Source: the human T2T-CHM13v2.0 reference genome, Homo sapiens. From it: DNA of 64,000 nucleotides. The notes beneath the pieces were generated by a model. That model saw only the letters and a list, made by a program, of their open reading frames with translations. It ran no database searches and had not been told where the DNA came from. Positions 39,471-55,141 of the stretch are shown in pieces. Made by a program: the position numbers and the translations under genes. Where the stretch lies: assembly GCF_009914755.1 (NCBI RefSeq), contig NC_060936.1. One strand, given 5' to 3'. Position 1 is the stretch's first letter, and each line of letters opens with the position of its first letter.

Positions 39471-40908
39471 TTATTAGACGGGTGAAAAAGACAGCAAATC
39501 AAGGAAAGCAAGAGAAAGCGATCTAATTGAGTGGTTTTCAACCATATTCATACCATAAATCAGTTAAAACAGTTCAGATTTTTGGTCGGGCAACTGGGTT
39601 GTAGTCCTGATATTAATGAGCTTTGACATAAAGCTGTTAGGTGCTGGCCAGGCACGGTGACTCATGCCTGTAATCCCAGCACTTTGGGAGGCTGAGGTGG
39701 GAGGATCACTTGCGCCCAGGAGTTCAAGTCTGGGCAACATGATGAAACCTGATCTCAAAAAAAAGGCTATTAGGTGCCTTGCAGAGGGGTCTGATGTTCC
39801 ACTTTGAGAGGTAGAAAGCACTCAGGCTATGGGATCAGTCAGAACTGGATTCCTACCCTGTTCCACTATCTACTGGCATTGTGACTGATATTGCTTAACA
39901 TTTGTGCCTTAGTTTGCTCATCTCTAAAATAGAAAAATAGTTCTAATAAATACAAATACATAATACAACGCCTAACATATTAGTTCTCGTTCCTTTCTCC
40001 TTATTTACTTAAAATCAGATGCTTTTCCCAAAGGATACCAGCTGGTCTCAAAATTCTTCCCACAGCTCTGCACTGTAAAGGTAACCCCTTTAGGAAATGC
40101 TTGAAGTATGGATTTTAATCAAGTATCTCTGTGAAATCTGTTTGGGGTGTTCTTTTCTTTATTAAGTCAGTGCTGGAGTTCTGAAATGCTTTCATCATGA
40201 CTCTTACATCACTTTTTAGGAGTCCTGTCAGGTCTTGAACAAAAACCAGGCTTGGCCTCAGTGACGCTTGAGAATTTTTTCCAAGGGTTACCTAATACTA
40301 CACAGATTCTTCTGAAGCTCTTCATACCTGTAGTTTTGAATATTTGTTTAACTTCTTCCTGCTGCTTTCAACCTGTTACATAGATAACTGTGAGTGTCCT
40401 GGAAAACACCAGTTTCTTTTTTTTCTTTTTTCTTTTTTTTTTTTCTTTTTGAGATGGAGTTTTGCTCTGTCGCCCAGGCTGGAGTGCCGTGGCGCGATCT
40501 CGGCTCACTGCAGCCTCCGCCTCCTGGGTTCAAGTAATTCTCATGCCTCAGCCTCCTACGTAGGGCGGGACTACAGGTGCGTGCCACTGCGCCTGGCTAA
40601 TATTTGTATTTTTTAGTAGAGACAGGGTTTCACCATGTTGGCTAGGCTGGTGTCGAACGCCTGACCCCAAGTGATCTGCGCACCTTGGCCTCCCAAAGTG
40701 CTGGAATTACAGGCATGAGCCACTGCACCCAGCTAACACCAGTTTCTTAATTTATTAGCCCAGGATTATAAGTTACTAGTGATATAAGATGTGCATGGAC
40801 CTGGAAGAGGATGTGTGTTAGAGACACAGACATTCCTTAAAATTTGGAGAAAGAAATATGACTTCAGTTTAGCAGTCCCAAATGCACAAATCCAGTCCAG
40901 TCCACTTA

Positions 40909-41366
<458 letters not shown>

Positions 41367-41603
41367 TTATCTAGAGTTCAATCATGTTTCTGCTGGAGAG
41401 GGTCACAGAAAGGACTTGGGGAAAAATTGATTCAGTTATTATCAGCCTAGCCTTAGGAATAGAATTAGGTGTTGCCAGTGGAGCTACGAGTTTGACAAAA
41501 CAAAAGGTAAAGGACTTTTGTTTGTTTATTTTAACTTTACTATTTGCCTATGCAATATACTCACATGGCTCAAAATTCAAAAGTACAAGAGTTAATACAC
41601 TGA

Positions 41604-41852
<249 letters not shown>

Positions 41853-41919
41853 TGATCCACCTACCTTGGCCTCCCAAAGTGTTGGGATTACAGGCATGAG
41901 CCACTGCACCCACCCAATA

Positions 41920-42760
41920 CACTGAAACATCTTTATCCCATCCCTGTTCCCCAGCCATTTGGTTCTCCACCCCCAAGGCAAACAGTATTTTCAATTTCTT
42001 ATATATCTTTCAAGATATTTTATGCATATATAAGTAAATAAGACCATTCTCCTCTTTGCCTGCTTCCTTTTTTCATGTAATATATCTTGGAGCTTATTCC
42101 ATGTCTCAATATATAAAGAGCTTTCTTGTTTTTATGGATACATAGTCATCCTGCTGTTTAGATGTGCCACAATTTATTTAAGCAGTCGCCTATTGATCAA
42201 CATTTGGGTTGTTTCTAATCCTGTGCTGTTAATAGTGATACTGCAATGAATAACCTTGTGTATATATAGAAATCACTTTGCATATGTGTTATTCTCATCT
42301 TGAATAAATTCCTAGAAGTAGGATTGCTAGTCAAAGAGTATGTGCATTTGTAATTTTGATAAGCATTACTAGATTGTCATGGAGAGTACCACTTTGAACT
42401 CCCAGAAGTAATACATGAAAATGGCTGTTTCTCTATACCCTCAACCTTTATCAATTCTACAGTGTTAACATACTTTTTGACCTTTGCTAATCTAATAAAT
42501 GAAAAATGATAATTGCAGTGCAGTTTTAATTTATATATCTCTTATTAGACTGAGGTTGCATATCATTCTATATGCTTATAGCTTATACTATTTTTTTCTA
42601 TGGGATTATTTTGCTTTTTCTGAGAACTCTGTATATATTTAGCTCTTTGACTATAAGCTGCACATATTTTTTTCACATTTTGTAATTTATCTTTTGATTT
42701 TGTTGAAGGTGGGTTTTGTCATGAAGAAATGTTTTATATTTATGTGTTTGAGTTTATCTA
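41920..42760 (-). mobile_element. L1ME-like fragment
   Basis: Antisense L1 3' phrases (taaattcctagaagtaggattgct, tgtgcatttgtaattttgataa). Confidence 0.6.
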
Positions 42761-42953
42761 AAGTATAGGATTTCACATAGTAAAATTTTATTTTAGGCAA
42801 TAGTTCAGCATATGTGAAAATATTAAATTTCTGAAAGAACATACAAGAAATTGGTAACATTGGTTACCTTTGGGTAGCTAGAGTTACCTCTCTAGGTTGT
42901 GGGGGAATCTTTTCTTTCTTTTCTTTTCTTTTTCAAATTTTTAATAACTTTAG

Positions 42954-43215
42954 AACAAAAAGAAGAAAAACAAACCGAAACCTGCCGCAGAACCAAGTAA
43001 CGGCATCCCAGATTCCAGTAAATCAGTTTCCATTCAAGAGGAACAGTCTGCGCCTTCCTCAGAGAAAGGTGGTATGAATGGCTACCATGTCAATGGTGCC
43101 ATCAATGACACTGAGTCTGTGGACTCACTCAGTGAAGGTTTGGAGACACTTTCAATAGATGCCAGAGAATTGGAGGATCCCGAGTCTGCCATGCTAGATA
43201 CGCTGGATAGAACAG
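42954..43215 (+). CDS. SPATS2: SPATS2 coding exon 5 (NKKKKNKPKPAAEPSNG...AMLDTLDRT), Lys-rich then Ser/acidic region
   Basis: Long pyrimidine tract then tAG, donor CAG|gtgag; 262 nt open, cumulative 526. Confidence 0.95.
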
Positions 43216-43784
43216 GTGAGTTTATTAACAGATTTTGAAAAAGTTGCATTCAGTTGAAAAACAGGGTTCTCCTCGTTGAGAAAGTGATCAATTAAATCTA
43301 GTTAGTCTTTTTTTATCCAGTGCTTGCTGATTAGTCTTTTTACTTTTTAGTTTTTGTTACTTTTTGTCTGAGTCACATTTTATAATTATCAAAGGCCTAG
43401 AAAAAAATACAATTCTTTTTTTTTGAGATGGAATCTCGCTGTGTCGCCCAGGCTGAAGTGCAGTGGCGTGATTTCAGCTCACTGCAAGCTCCACCTCCTG
43501 GGTTCACGCCATTCTCATGCCTCAGCCTCCTGAGTAGCTGGTACTACAGGCACCCGCCACCACGCCTGGCTAATCTTTTGTATTTTTTTTTAGTAGAGAT
43601 GGGGTTTCACCGTGTTAGCCAGGATAGTCTTGATCTCCTGACCTCATGATCCACCCGCCTCAGCCACCCAAAGTGCTGGGATTACAGGCGTTGCCCACCG
43701 CGCCTGGCTGAAAAAATACAATTCTTGTTCCATTATATTTTAACTCTTGTCTAAATCAGTTTTGTGGAAATCATCTAACTTGAA

Positions 43785-43916
43785 CCCTAGTGTTCCATTA
43801 TTGGAACGCTGAGCATGTGGGAGTTATTCATATCCTACTGCTCAAGGTCATCGCCAAGATCTAATTTTTCCACTCATGCAAAAATTAAAAAAATTGCAGC
43901 CTCCGGCATAAATGGG
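43785..43916 (+). mobile_element. MER85 (piggyBac PGBD3-derived MITE)
   Basis: Internal palindrome GTTCCATTATTGGAAC (43792-43807), right TIR GGCATAAATGGG followed by TTAA (43917-20); left TIR partly deleted. Confidence 0.9.
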
Positions 43917-45045
43917 TTAATAGCAGAGAAATACCTCAGTATTTAGAGACTACAGAAGGTGACTTTAAGTTGTTTTTTAAAAATTGTGGAGTTATTCAGG
44001 AAGATGATGATGTTGATATTATTATTTTAAGACCCAACATAGTGAGAAATATAATAATGATAATTTCAGCTTTTGTGAGAACTAGGCTGTTGGTTTTTAT
44101 AGTCTCACATTTGTTTTCTAGTGAAGAATTAAGATTAGTGTTAGTTGTAAATTCACATATCTTGTACCTTTCTTTGTTAACCATTTTTTTGAGGGTAAGA
44201 TACTGGAAATTTCTCTTTTAAAACATTACTTGTTAATCCAGTTCCCCTGCCCTGCTGCTCCTGGCTTTAGAAGTGTAATGCCAATATAAGATTTATGCTG
44301 TGCTGTTTAGGTGTTCTTTTATTGATTAGTATACACACATACACAAAAAAAGACTTAGAGAAAAACATTGCACTGACTCAAACCAACAATAGCCAGTGGT
44401 TTCCATTTTTTTCTGAACTAGCTTTCCTCTCATTTCCTAACTCTTCCTAACTTATTACACTTCTATCCCCTAGAGCGTTGTTGTTTGTTTGTTTGTTTGT
44501 TTGTTTTGAGAGACCTGGTCTCTCTCTGTTGCCCAAGCTGGTCTTAAACTCCTGTGCTCAAGTGATCCTTCTTCCTCAGCTTCCTGAATACCTGGGATTA
44601 CTGGCGTGAGCCACTATGCCTGGCCCCTAAAGCTTTTTAAATTCTTCTTTCCTCGAGAGAGTTTAAAACTCTTTTTTTCTTAACATGGAGGCTTGCAGAA
44701 GTTGGTGATACTGACTTTCTTTGATTCCTTGTGCCAGACTTACATAGAAACTACCAAGCTACAAAGAAGCCACAGAGCCACAGGGATTGAGCTCCCTATC
44801 TAAAGATGTGTTGCCACAGACTCTTCTCTTCATTCCGGACGCCACTTAAGACTAAGCCCGAAGCTGCCGATAGCCATACCCAGCTGATTCTGATCTTTGT
44901 TCTATTGTTTCAGTTGATTTTGTTTACAGTCTTTTAAGAGGCATGGTTTTGCCTCAAACATTTTTACCTGTTTTCTTTGTGTACTTAAGAATGACTGGTT
45001 TACTCCTAAATTGTGCTCTAAAGTACAGTCCTCTTTCTTGGACAG

Positions 45046-45222
45046 GATCCATGCTGCAGAATGGTGTCTCTGATTTTGAGACCAAGTCTTTGACTATGCA
45101 CTCTATTCACAATTCTCAACAACCCAGGAATGCTGCCAAATCTCTCTCAAGACCTACCACAGAAACTCAGTTTTCAAATATGGGGATGGAAGATGTTCCC
45201 CTCGCCACCAGTAAAAAGCTAA
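45046..45222 (+). CDS. SPATS2: SPATS2 coding exon 6 (GSMLQNGVSDFETK...LATSKKL)
   Basis: Acceptor ctctttcttggacAG, donor A|gtaagt; 177 nt, cumulative 703; part of ORF-track entry 44943..45245. Confidence 0.93.
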
Positions 45223-45380
45223 GTAAGTCAGAGGCCCACCTGTGAGAGAAAATGAAAAATCTGTGTTTTTGGCTAAAGAGGGCAAATTATCTCTGTTGCC
45301 ATAAATAAGGTTTCAGAAGGGCATCAGTTAATATTTTTCCATTTTCCAGACAGTGACTGACTACTCAGCCCTTCCCCTAA

Positions 45381-45812
<432 letters not shown>

Positions 45813-46349
45813 TAGCCAGGATGGTCTCGATCTCCTGACCTCGTGATCCGCCTGTCTCGGCCTCCCAAAGTGCTGGAATTACAGGCGTGAGCCACTGCGC
45901 CCAGCCAACATTGACATTTTAAAGAAATATTTTCACTCCTCTTCATAACTTCATGCTCTTACTGAGCTAGAGTCCTCTGACAGACTCTAGCTTAGAAAAA
46001 GTAAGGTCATTTTCTCTTAAGTATGTGGCGTTGACTGGTGATAGCTCTTTGCTTAAAAAAAAAAGAAAACTACAATAATCATTTAAACAAACAGCCAGTA
46101 ATTCAGCAGACAGAGATAATACCCTGTGTTTCCTATATCTGAGTTTCATACATCTAAGCATGGTGGTCCACTCCACTAAACAAATGAAACATAGAAATAT
46201 AAAGGACACTTGTAATCAGTAGCTCTTTATGGAATTATTTATTACACATGAGCCAAATTTTAATTAGGTAAGCTCCCCTTTTTCATTGTTCTGGTAGCCC
46301 TCAGCCTGTTGCAGATCAGCAGGTTTGAGACTATCCAATCAAGCCAAAA

Positions 46350-46355
<6 letters not shown>

Positions 46356-46389
<34 letters not shown>
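46356..46389. repeat. (TA)n microsatellite after an A-run
   Basis: Read directly. Confidence 0.95.
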
Positions 46390-46393
<4 letters not shown>

Positions 46394-46739
46394 ACAAGGC
46401 TTGAAAGCTTTTAGGTGGATTCTAAAAAATAAAATCAAGTTGAGATGAGGAAGAATTTAAATAAAAAAATTGGAAATGCATATCTTGGCATAGTTACAAA
46501 CTTTTTAGATCCATGTTTCCAGCAATCAATTATATATGTAATTTGGGGATTGGTGAATATAGAAAGGTAAATAGAACTCTTGGAAATTGGTTAAAATGTG
46601 TTGAGTAGGTAAATGCAGTCCATCCTTTTCTACAAAGCTGGCTTCCTCATATATACAGTGCTTTGAAGTGTACTATACAGACAGAACATTTTAATTTTGT
46701 AATGTCCACATGGTGAATTATATTCTATTAAATCCTGTA

Positions 46740-48120
<1,381 letters not shown>

Positions 48121-48295
48121 ATCCTTTTTTTTCCAAAAATCTATAAAAACATGTTTTTCTCATTGGGGAAGGTGGTTATTTAGGAAAGATTCTTAGTCTA
48201 CATGACATTTGGCTTTGGTGTTCAGATCCGACTTTCAAGTTACCTATATAATTATTCTTTTTTTTTTTTTTAATATTTCGGTTTTTTTCCCCAAG

Positions 48296-48431
48296 GTTCC
48301 AATATTGAAAAATCTGTAAAAGACCTCCAGCGCTGCACAGTGTCTCTTGCACGGTATCGAGTTGTAGTTAAAGAAGAGATGGATGCCTCCATTAAGAAAA
48401 TGAAACAAGCCTTTGCTGAATTGGAGAGCTG
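48296..48431 (+). CDS. SPATS2: SPATS2 coding exon 7 (SSNIEKSVKDLQRCTVSLARYRVVVKEEMDASIKKMKQAFAELESC), DUF1387 coiled-coil region
   Basis: Acceptor tttttttccccaAG, donor TG|gtaatt; 136 nt, cumulative 839; NIEKSVKDLQRCTVSL is the SPATS2/SPATS2L signature. Confidence 0.96.
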
Positions 48432-48810
48432 GTAATTTAAGCTGCATTTGATATCAGTAGCATAAAAATGATCATATATAAATATAAAGATGGTCAGCCA
48501 TTCCCCAAGTTCATTCATTCATGACTAACTACATAGTAGGAGAGACTTATAAATCCTATGGTATATTTAGCTTTCTGCTTTGTTCTATTTCTCTTGGTCA
48601 CAGTGTGAGAATGGTACAGATAACTCACAATGCTCTAGAAATGAGCTGGAGTTTAATATTGTTTGGAAAGGGACACATAATTATAGAGTAGATCATATAC
48701 TTTAAAGTCTCCTTTTAGGCCGGTGCGGTGGCTCAAGCCTGTAATCCCAGTACTTTGGGAGGCCGAGGTGGGCGGATCTTGAGGTCAGGAGATCAAGACC
48801 ATCCTGGCTA

Positions 48811-49041
<231 letters not shown>

Positions 49042-49193
49042 CTATAACAAATGACATGATGTATGTTTTTGAACAAAATTATAAAGTAGAAAAAATCTGT
49101 CTTTGCTTTCCTACCTTCTTCCATCCTTTTTAATTTATGCCACTCCAATAAAGTGCCCTTTTATTAATTATTATTATTATTGTTGTTTTTTGA

Positions 49194-49349
<156 letters not shown>

Positions 49350-49430
49350 TAATTTTTAAATATTTTGTAGAAATGTGGTCTCACTATGTTGCCCAGGCCA
49401 GTCTTGAACTACTGGGCTCAAGTGATCTGC

Positions 49431-49764
49431 CTGAAGCTGGGTAATTTATAGTGAATAGAGATTTATTTTTTACAGTTTTGGAGTCTGAGAAGTTTAAGGT
49501 CAAGGGGCCCACATCTTGGCAAGGACCTTGCTGTGTCATTCCATGGCAGATGGCAGAAGGGCAAGGGAGCATGCATGGGAGAGCCAGAGAGGGCCAAACT
49601 CAATTTTCTAATGAACCCACTCTCTCAATAACAAAATTAATTCATTTGTGGGACTCTCCCCTCATGACCTAATCATCTCTTAAAGGTCCCACCTCTCACC
49701 ACTGTAGCACTGAGGATTAAGTTTCCAACACACGAGCTTTGGGGATCACATTCAAACCATAGCA
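49431..49764 (-). mobile_element. MaLR LTR (MSTD/MLT1A-like), partial
   Basis: ctgggtaatttata...cctcatgacctaatcatctc...acattcaaaccatagca. Confidence 0.75.
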
Positions 49765-50655
49765 ATATTCTAATGTTTCCTGGAACACTGAAGCTGTTTT
49801 AACTGTTAGATATTAAGGTGTTAACGGATATTTGTTTTTTTGTTTTGTTTTGTTTGTTTTTTGAGACGGAGTCTCTGTCGCCTAGGCTGGAGTGGAGTGG
49901 CCCAATCTTGGCTCACTGCAACCTCCGCCTCCCAGGTTCCAGCCATTCTCCTGCCTCAGCCTCCCGGAGTAGCTGGGACTACAGACATGTGCCACCATGC
50001 CTGGCTAATTTTTTGTGTGTTTTTAGTAGAGATGGGGTTTCACCATGTTGGCCAGGCCGGTCTCGAACTCCTGACCTCAGGTGATCTGCCCATCTCTGCC
50101 TCCCAAAGTGCTGGGATTACAGGAGTGAGCCACCGTGCCCAGCTGGTGTTAACAGATGTTTAAATTCTAGCTCCTTTGTGGGAGGTATTTTATAAGGGAT
50201 TTTTTGAAACTAGAAAAGACTTAAGGACCATATTAAAATGACAGGAAGACAAGCAGCTAGGGTGATGTTTTGAGACTTAGAACTTGTTCATTATACTTAT
50301 TTTTAGTAACTGTCTAGATCTGAAATATGACAGGAAGTGTTCATGAAAAGAACAAACCATACATGCTTTCTTGCTGCCTGTAGACTGTTCCCTCAGGTTA
50401 TACCTAACTGTGTCTCTGTTCACAAATTTAGTCTAGTCACTTTTGCCACAACATATAAGAGATAGAGGAGAGTGTAGGTCCCCTCAGTCCTCCTGGTCTC
50501 TGGAATTGCAGAGGAGTAGTTAATCAAAATGAAATAATGCCTCCAAAAAGTTAAATCATCAGAACCAAAACTTACTTTGGGGCTAGATAATTCATCTTAG
50601 TCTACCCATGCCTTGTCCTGAACTCTAAGTTTTACTTTTCAGGTTTTATGGCTAG

Positions 50656-50802
<147 letters not shown>

Positions 50803-51358
50803 TAGTCCCCTAGCTGGGACTACAAGCATGTGCCACCACACCTGGCTAATTTTTTAATTTTTTGTAGAGATGAGGTTTCACCATATTGCCCAGGCTGGTC
50901 TCCAATTCCTGGGCCCAAGCAATCCTCTCATCTAGGCCTCCCAAAGTGCTGGGATTACAGCCATAAGCCACTGCGCCTGGCTGTCTTCTGTTTTTCTTGA
51001 CACATATTTTTGCTCCTGCCAGATTACTCATTGTCTCAAAACTTAACATTCACATTTCCTCTTCCATCTACTAGTTAATGCCACTTTCCCAGCCTGAAAA
51101 TGTTCTCCTATTCCTCTGTATTTATCTAAATCCCACCATTTCTCCAAACTTTCCTTAAATTAAGGTCTAACTTCTGGAAATTATTTTAGGTAACTGATTT
51201 TTCCCCTTTCTGAACCTCTAGGAGGAAGCACCATGCCCTTTGCACTGCATTCTTGTCATATAAGATATTGTTGGCTTGTTTAGAAAATAAAGAGCTGGCT
51301 GGGCACAGTGGCTCATGCCTGAATCCCAGCACTTTGGGAGGCCAAGGCGGGCAGATCA

Positions 51359-51661
<303 letters not shown>

Positions 51662-51712
51662 TCAGGAGATGGAGACCATCCTGGCTAACAAGGTGAAACC
51701 CCGTCTCTACTA

Positions 51713-51901
<189 letters not shown>

Positions 51902-53632
51902 CTAAGTGTAGTAGGTCATCACAACTTTGCTTTGATAAGCCTCTGGTCTCCATGATTGTTCAGCTTACTGATTACTTAGTCACAGGATCTGATTCCATTC
52001 GGAACAAGCTTGAACCAGCAGGAAACGCAGTTCCGGGAGAGAGATTTGTGAATTCCTGCTGACTGGAACCCAGCCAGGAGGAGCCTCCTTCAATAAATGA
52101 CAAATGAAATGGTTTCCTACCTGGGAACTGTGTATTTAGGATTGATTAGCTGACGTAACAACCAGGTCAATTTAATTTGAGGAAAGAGATTACCTGCCCT
52201 TTCCTGCTAGTATAAAGCCCTTTGCTCTGGTTGATTGAGTTTATAAACCACCTTATTTCAATGTTCCTTGTAGCCGCTACTTCAAGACATAATTGGCAAG
52301 TGAGCTAACTCCATTTGGCACCAAACCAGAGCTTGGAGTTAATGTCACTTAGAAAGACATTTCTGTGTTGGTTATAGCATAAAAAAAAGGCAAAGAGTTC
52401 TAACAGATTTGCCCCAGTAAAAGTACATTACCCCTGACAAGGCACTAGGGAAATTATACAGATAACTCCTTTCACTTTGATGCCGAACAAAAACTGACAC
52501 ACCTATAGAAAGGTAAACTCAGAAGCATTCTAATGTATAAAACTTAAAATTTCTTCTTATTGGTGACTTAGCAATAATCATCTCTAGACCCAAGTTTACT
52601 TTTCTTGTTAATTAGTAATATTTGTCTGCCTTTCATTGTTGGAGCTGTTAGTTGACTTAAGTTTAAGGATATTAAGGAGGCAGGATATGGAGTGGAACAT
52701 GAAGCTAGAATATATAAACTCCTTTGGAAGATTGTCCTATAATGTGTTGATGAAAAATGCCAACAGGATACACACTCAGCTTCTCTTTTAAATAAAAAGT
52801 TTCCATTTTATGAAAGTCAAAAGGTATTTTTTAAAAGGAGAAATGGGTAAGAGAAAAAGATTATCAAGAAATTTGAGATTATATATCACAGAAAGTCATG
52901 TAAGTTTATGGTTAAGGTTTTGAAATTTTTCCTGATTCCTCTATGTCCTTTTATTGGCGCGTCTTTTTTTTCCTGTTTCTTTTCTTTCTTTCTTTCTTTT
53001 TTTTTTTTTTTTTTTTTAAGACAGGGTCTCTGTTGACCATACTGGAGTGTAGTAGCGCCATCGTGTCTCACTACAGCCTCCCAGGCTCAAGGGATCCTCC
53101 CACCTCAGCCTCTTGAGTAGCTGGGACTACAAGGCGGGTGCAACCATGCCCAGCTAATTTTTCTATCTTTTGTAGAGATGGGGTTTTGCCACATTGCCCA
53201 GGCTGGTTTTGAACTCCTGGGCTCAAGCGGTCCTCCTGCTTCAGCCTCCCAGAGTGCTGGGATTACAGGTGTGAGCCACCTCGCCCAGCTCAGAGCTTTT
53301 TTTTTTAACGTTAAATCAAGCTTAGTCTTACCGAAGGCTTTTAAGTCCTTACATTTAAAGGCCACATATAGATGCTGAAAACTTAGGAATCATTTTATGA
53401 ACCAAACTACCTGCAAAATATTATCTCCAAAAATATCTAAAATGTGTAGAAATAAAGGAATGTGCTAATGTAATATGTATTATCAAAAATGTACATAGCA
53501 CTGTAGTTCTAAATCATTCTTTGGTTTTTGAAGCTTAGTTTGTTGATATCTTGTTTCTACTAGTACTTGACACCATGGTTCTTGATATTTTTTTATTTAA
53601 AATTTAACTCTAACCATCTGTGAAAATAATTA

Positions 53633-53855
53633 CAGGTTGAGTATCCCTTATCTGAAATGCTTAGGACTAGAAATGTTTTAGGTTTTTTATTTTTATTTTT
53701 TTCAGATTTTGGAATGTCTGCAGAAACTAGTTGAGCATCCCTAATCTAAAAATTCAAAATCCAAACTGCTCCAATGAGTATTTTCTTTCAGTGTCATGTC
53801 AGTGCTCAAAAAAGTACAGCTTTTGAAGCATTTTGGATTAGGAATGCTCAACCAG
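53633..53855. mobile_element. Tigger4a/MER46A (Zombi) MITE
   Basis: TA-CAGGTTGAGTATCCCT...ggaatgctcaaccaG-TA inverted termini with TA TSD. Confidence 0.8.
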
Positions 53856-54132
53856 TAATAACATATGAAGAATATTTTACTGAACATGTTCAGTTATATT
53901 ATTGGATTTTTTTAATCCTGATTTCTTTTCCACAAAGTAGGTATTGTTAATTCTGTTTTACTGAAAATAAATGTATGTCTTAGGTTAAGCAATTTGCCTA
54001 AGTTGCAGATCCAATATTTGAATGTATATATTCAGACTTATTAACCTATGATTTTCATCTCATACCTCATTGATGGCTTACTTCCCCACTAAAGCTTGGC
54101 AAGGCTAGAGACTGTTGGTACATGTCATATTA

Positions 54133-55141
54133 CAGACAGTTCCCTACTTATGATGGTTCAACTTAATAATTTTCCAACTTTATGATGGTATGAAAGTGAT
54201 ACACATTCAGTAGAAAGCATACTTTGTATACCCATATACAACCATTTTGTTTTTCACTTTTAGTGTAGTGTTTAATAAATTACATCAGATATTCAACACT
54301 TCATTATAAAATAGGTGTTGTGTTAGATGACTTTGCCCAACTGCAGGCTAATATAAATGTTCTGAGCATGTTTAAGGTAGGCTAGGCTAAGCTTTGATGT
54401 TCAATAGGTTAGGTATATTAAATGCATTATCAACTTAAGATATTTTCAATTTGCACATGCCTGTAATCCCAGCACTTCGGGAGGCTGTATTCGTCTGTTC
54501 TCACACTGCTAATAAAGACATACTCAAGACTGGGTAATTTATCAAGGAAAGAGGTTTAATTGACTCACACTTCTACGTGGCTGGGAAGGCCTCACAATCA
54601 TAGCTGAAGGCAAAGGAGGAGCAAAGTCACATCTTACATGGTGGCAGCCAAGAGAGCTTGTGCAAGGGAACTCTCATTTATAAAACCATCAGCTCTTTTG
54701 AGACCTACTACCACAAAAACAGTATGGGGGAACCACCCCTGTGATTCAGTTATCTTCACCTGGCCCCACCCTTGACACTTGGCGATTATTACAGTTGAAG
54801 GTGAGATTTGGGTGGGGACACAGCCAAACCATATCAGAGGCCAAGGCAGGAGGATTACTTGAGTCCAGGAGTTCAAGACCAGCCTAGGCAACATAATGAG
54901 ATCCCGTCTTTACAGAAAGTAACAAAATTAACTGGGCGCAATGACACGTGCCCATAGTCCAGCTACTCAAGAGGATCGCTTGAACCCAGGAAGTGGAGGC
55001 TGCAGTGGGCCATGATCTTGCCACTGTACTCCCACGCTGGGTGACAGAGCAAGACCCTGTCTCTTTAAAAAAAAAAAAAAAAATTTCGATTTACAGTGGG
55101 TTTATTGGGACATAACCCCATTGTAAGCCGAGGAGCATCTG
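54133..55141 (-). mobile_element. MER47A (Tigger-type) containing an AluJ-like element (~54453-55083), which itself contains THE1
   Basis: TA-CAGACAGTTCCCTACTTATGATGG ... CCATTGTAAGCCGAGGAGCATCTG-TA. Confidence 0.82.
54486..54836 (-). mobile_element. THE1 solo LTR inserted in an Alu left arm
   Basis: TG...CA ends with perfect 5-bp TSD GAGGC (54481-85 and 54837-41). Confidence 0.9.

Noticed and set aside
43785-43920. Possible intronic snoRNA or snRNA
   Set aside because: Termini, TTAA and palindrome identify MER85. I recognised no snoRNA, tRNA or snRNA gene anywhere in the window.
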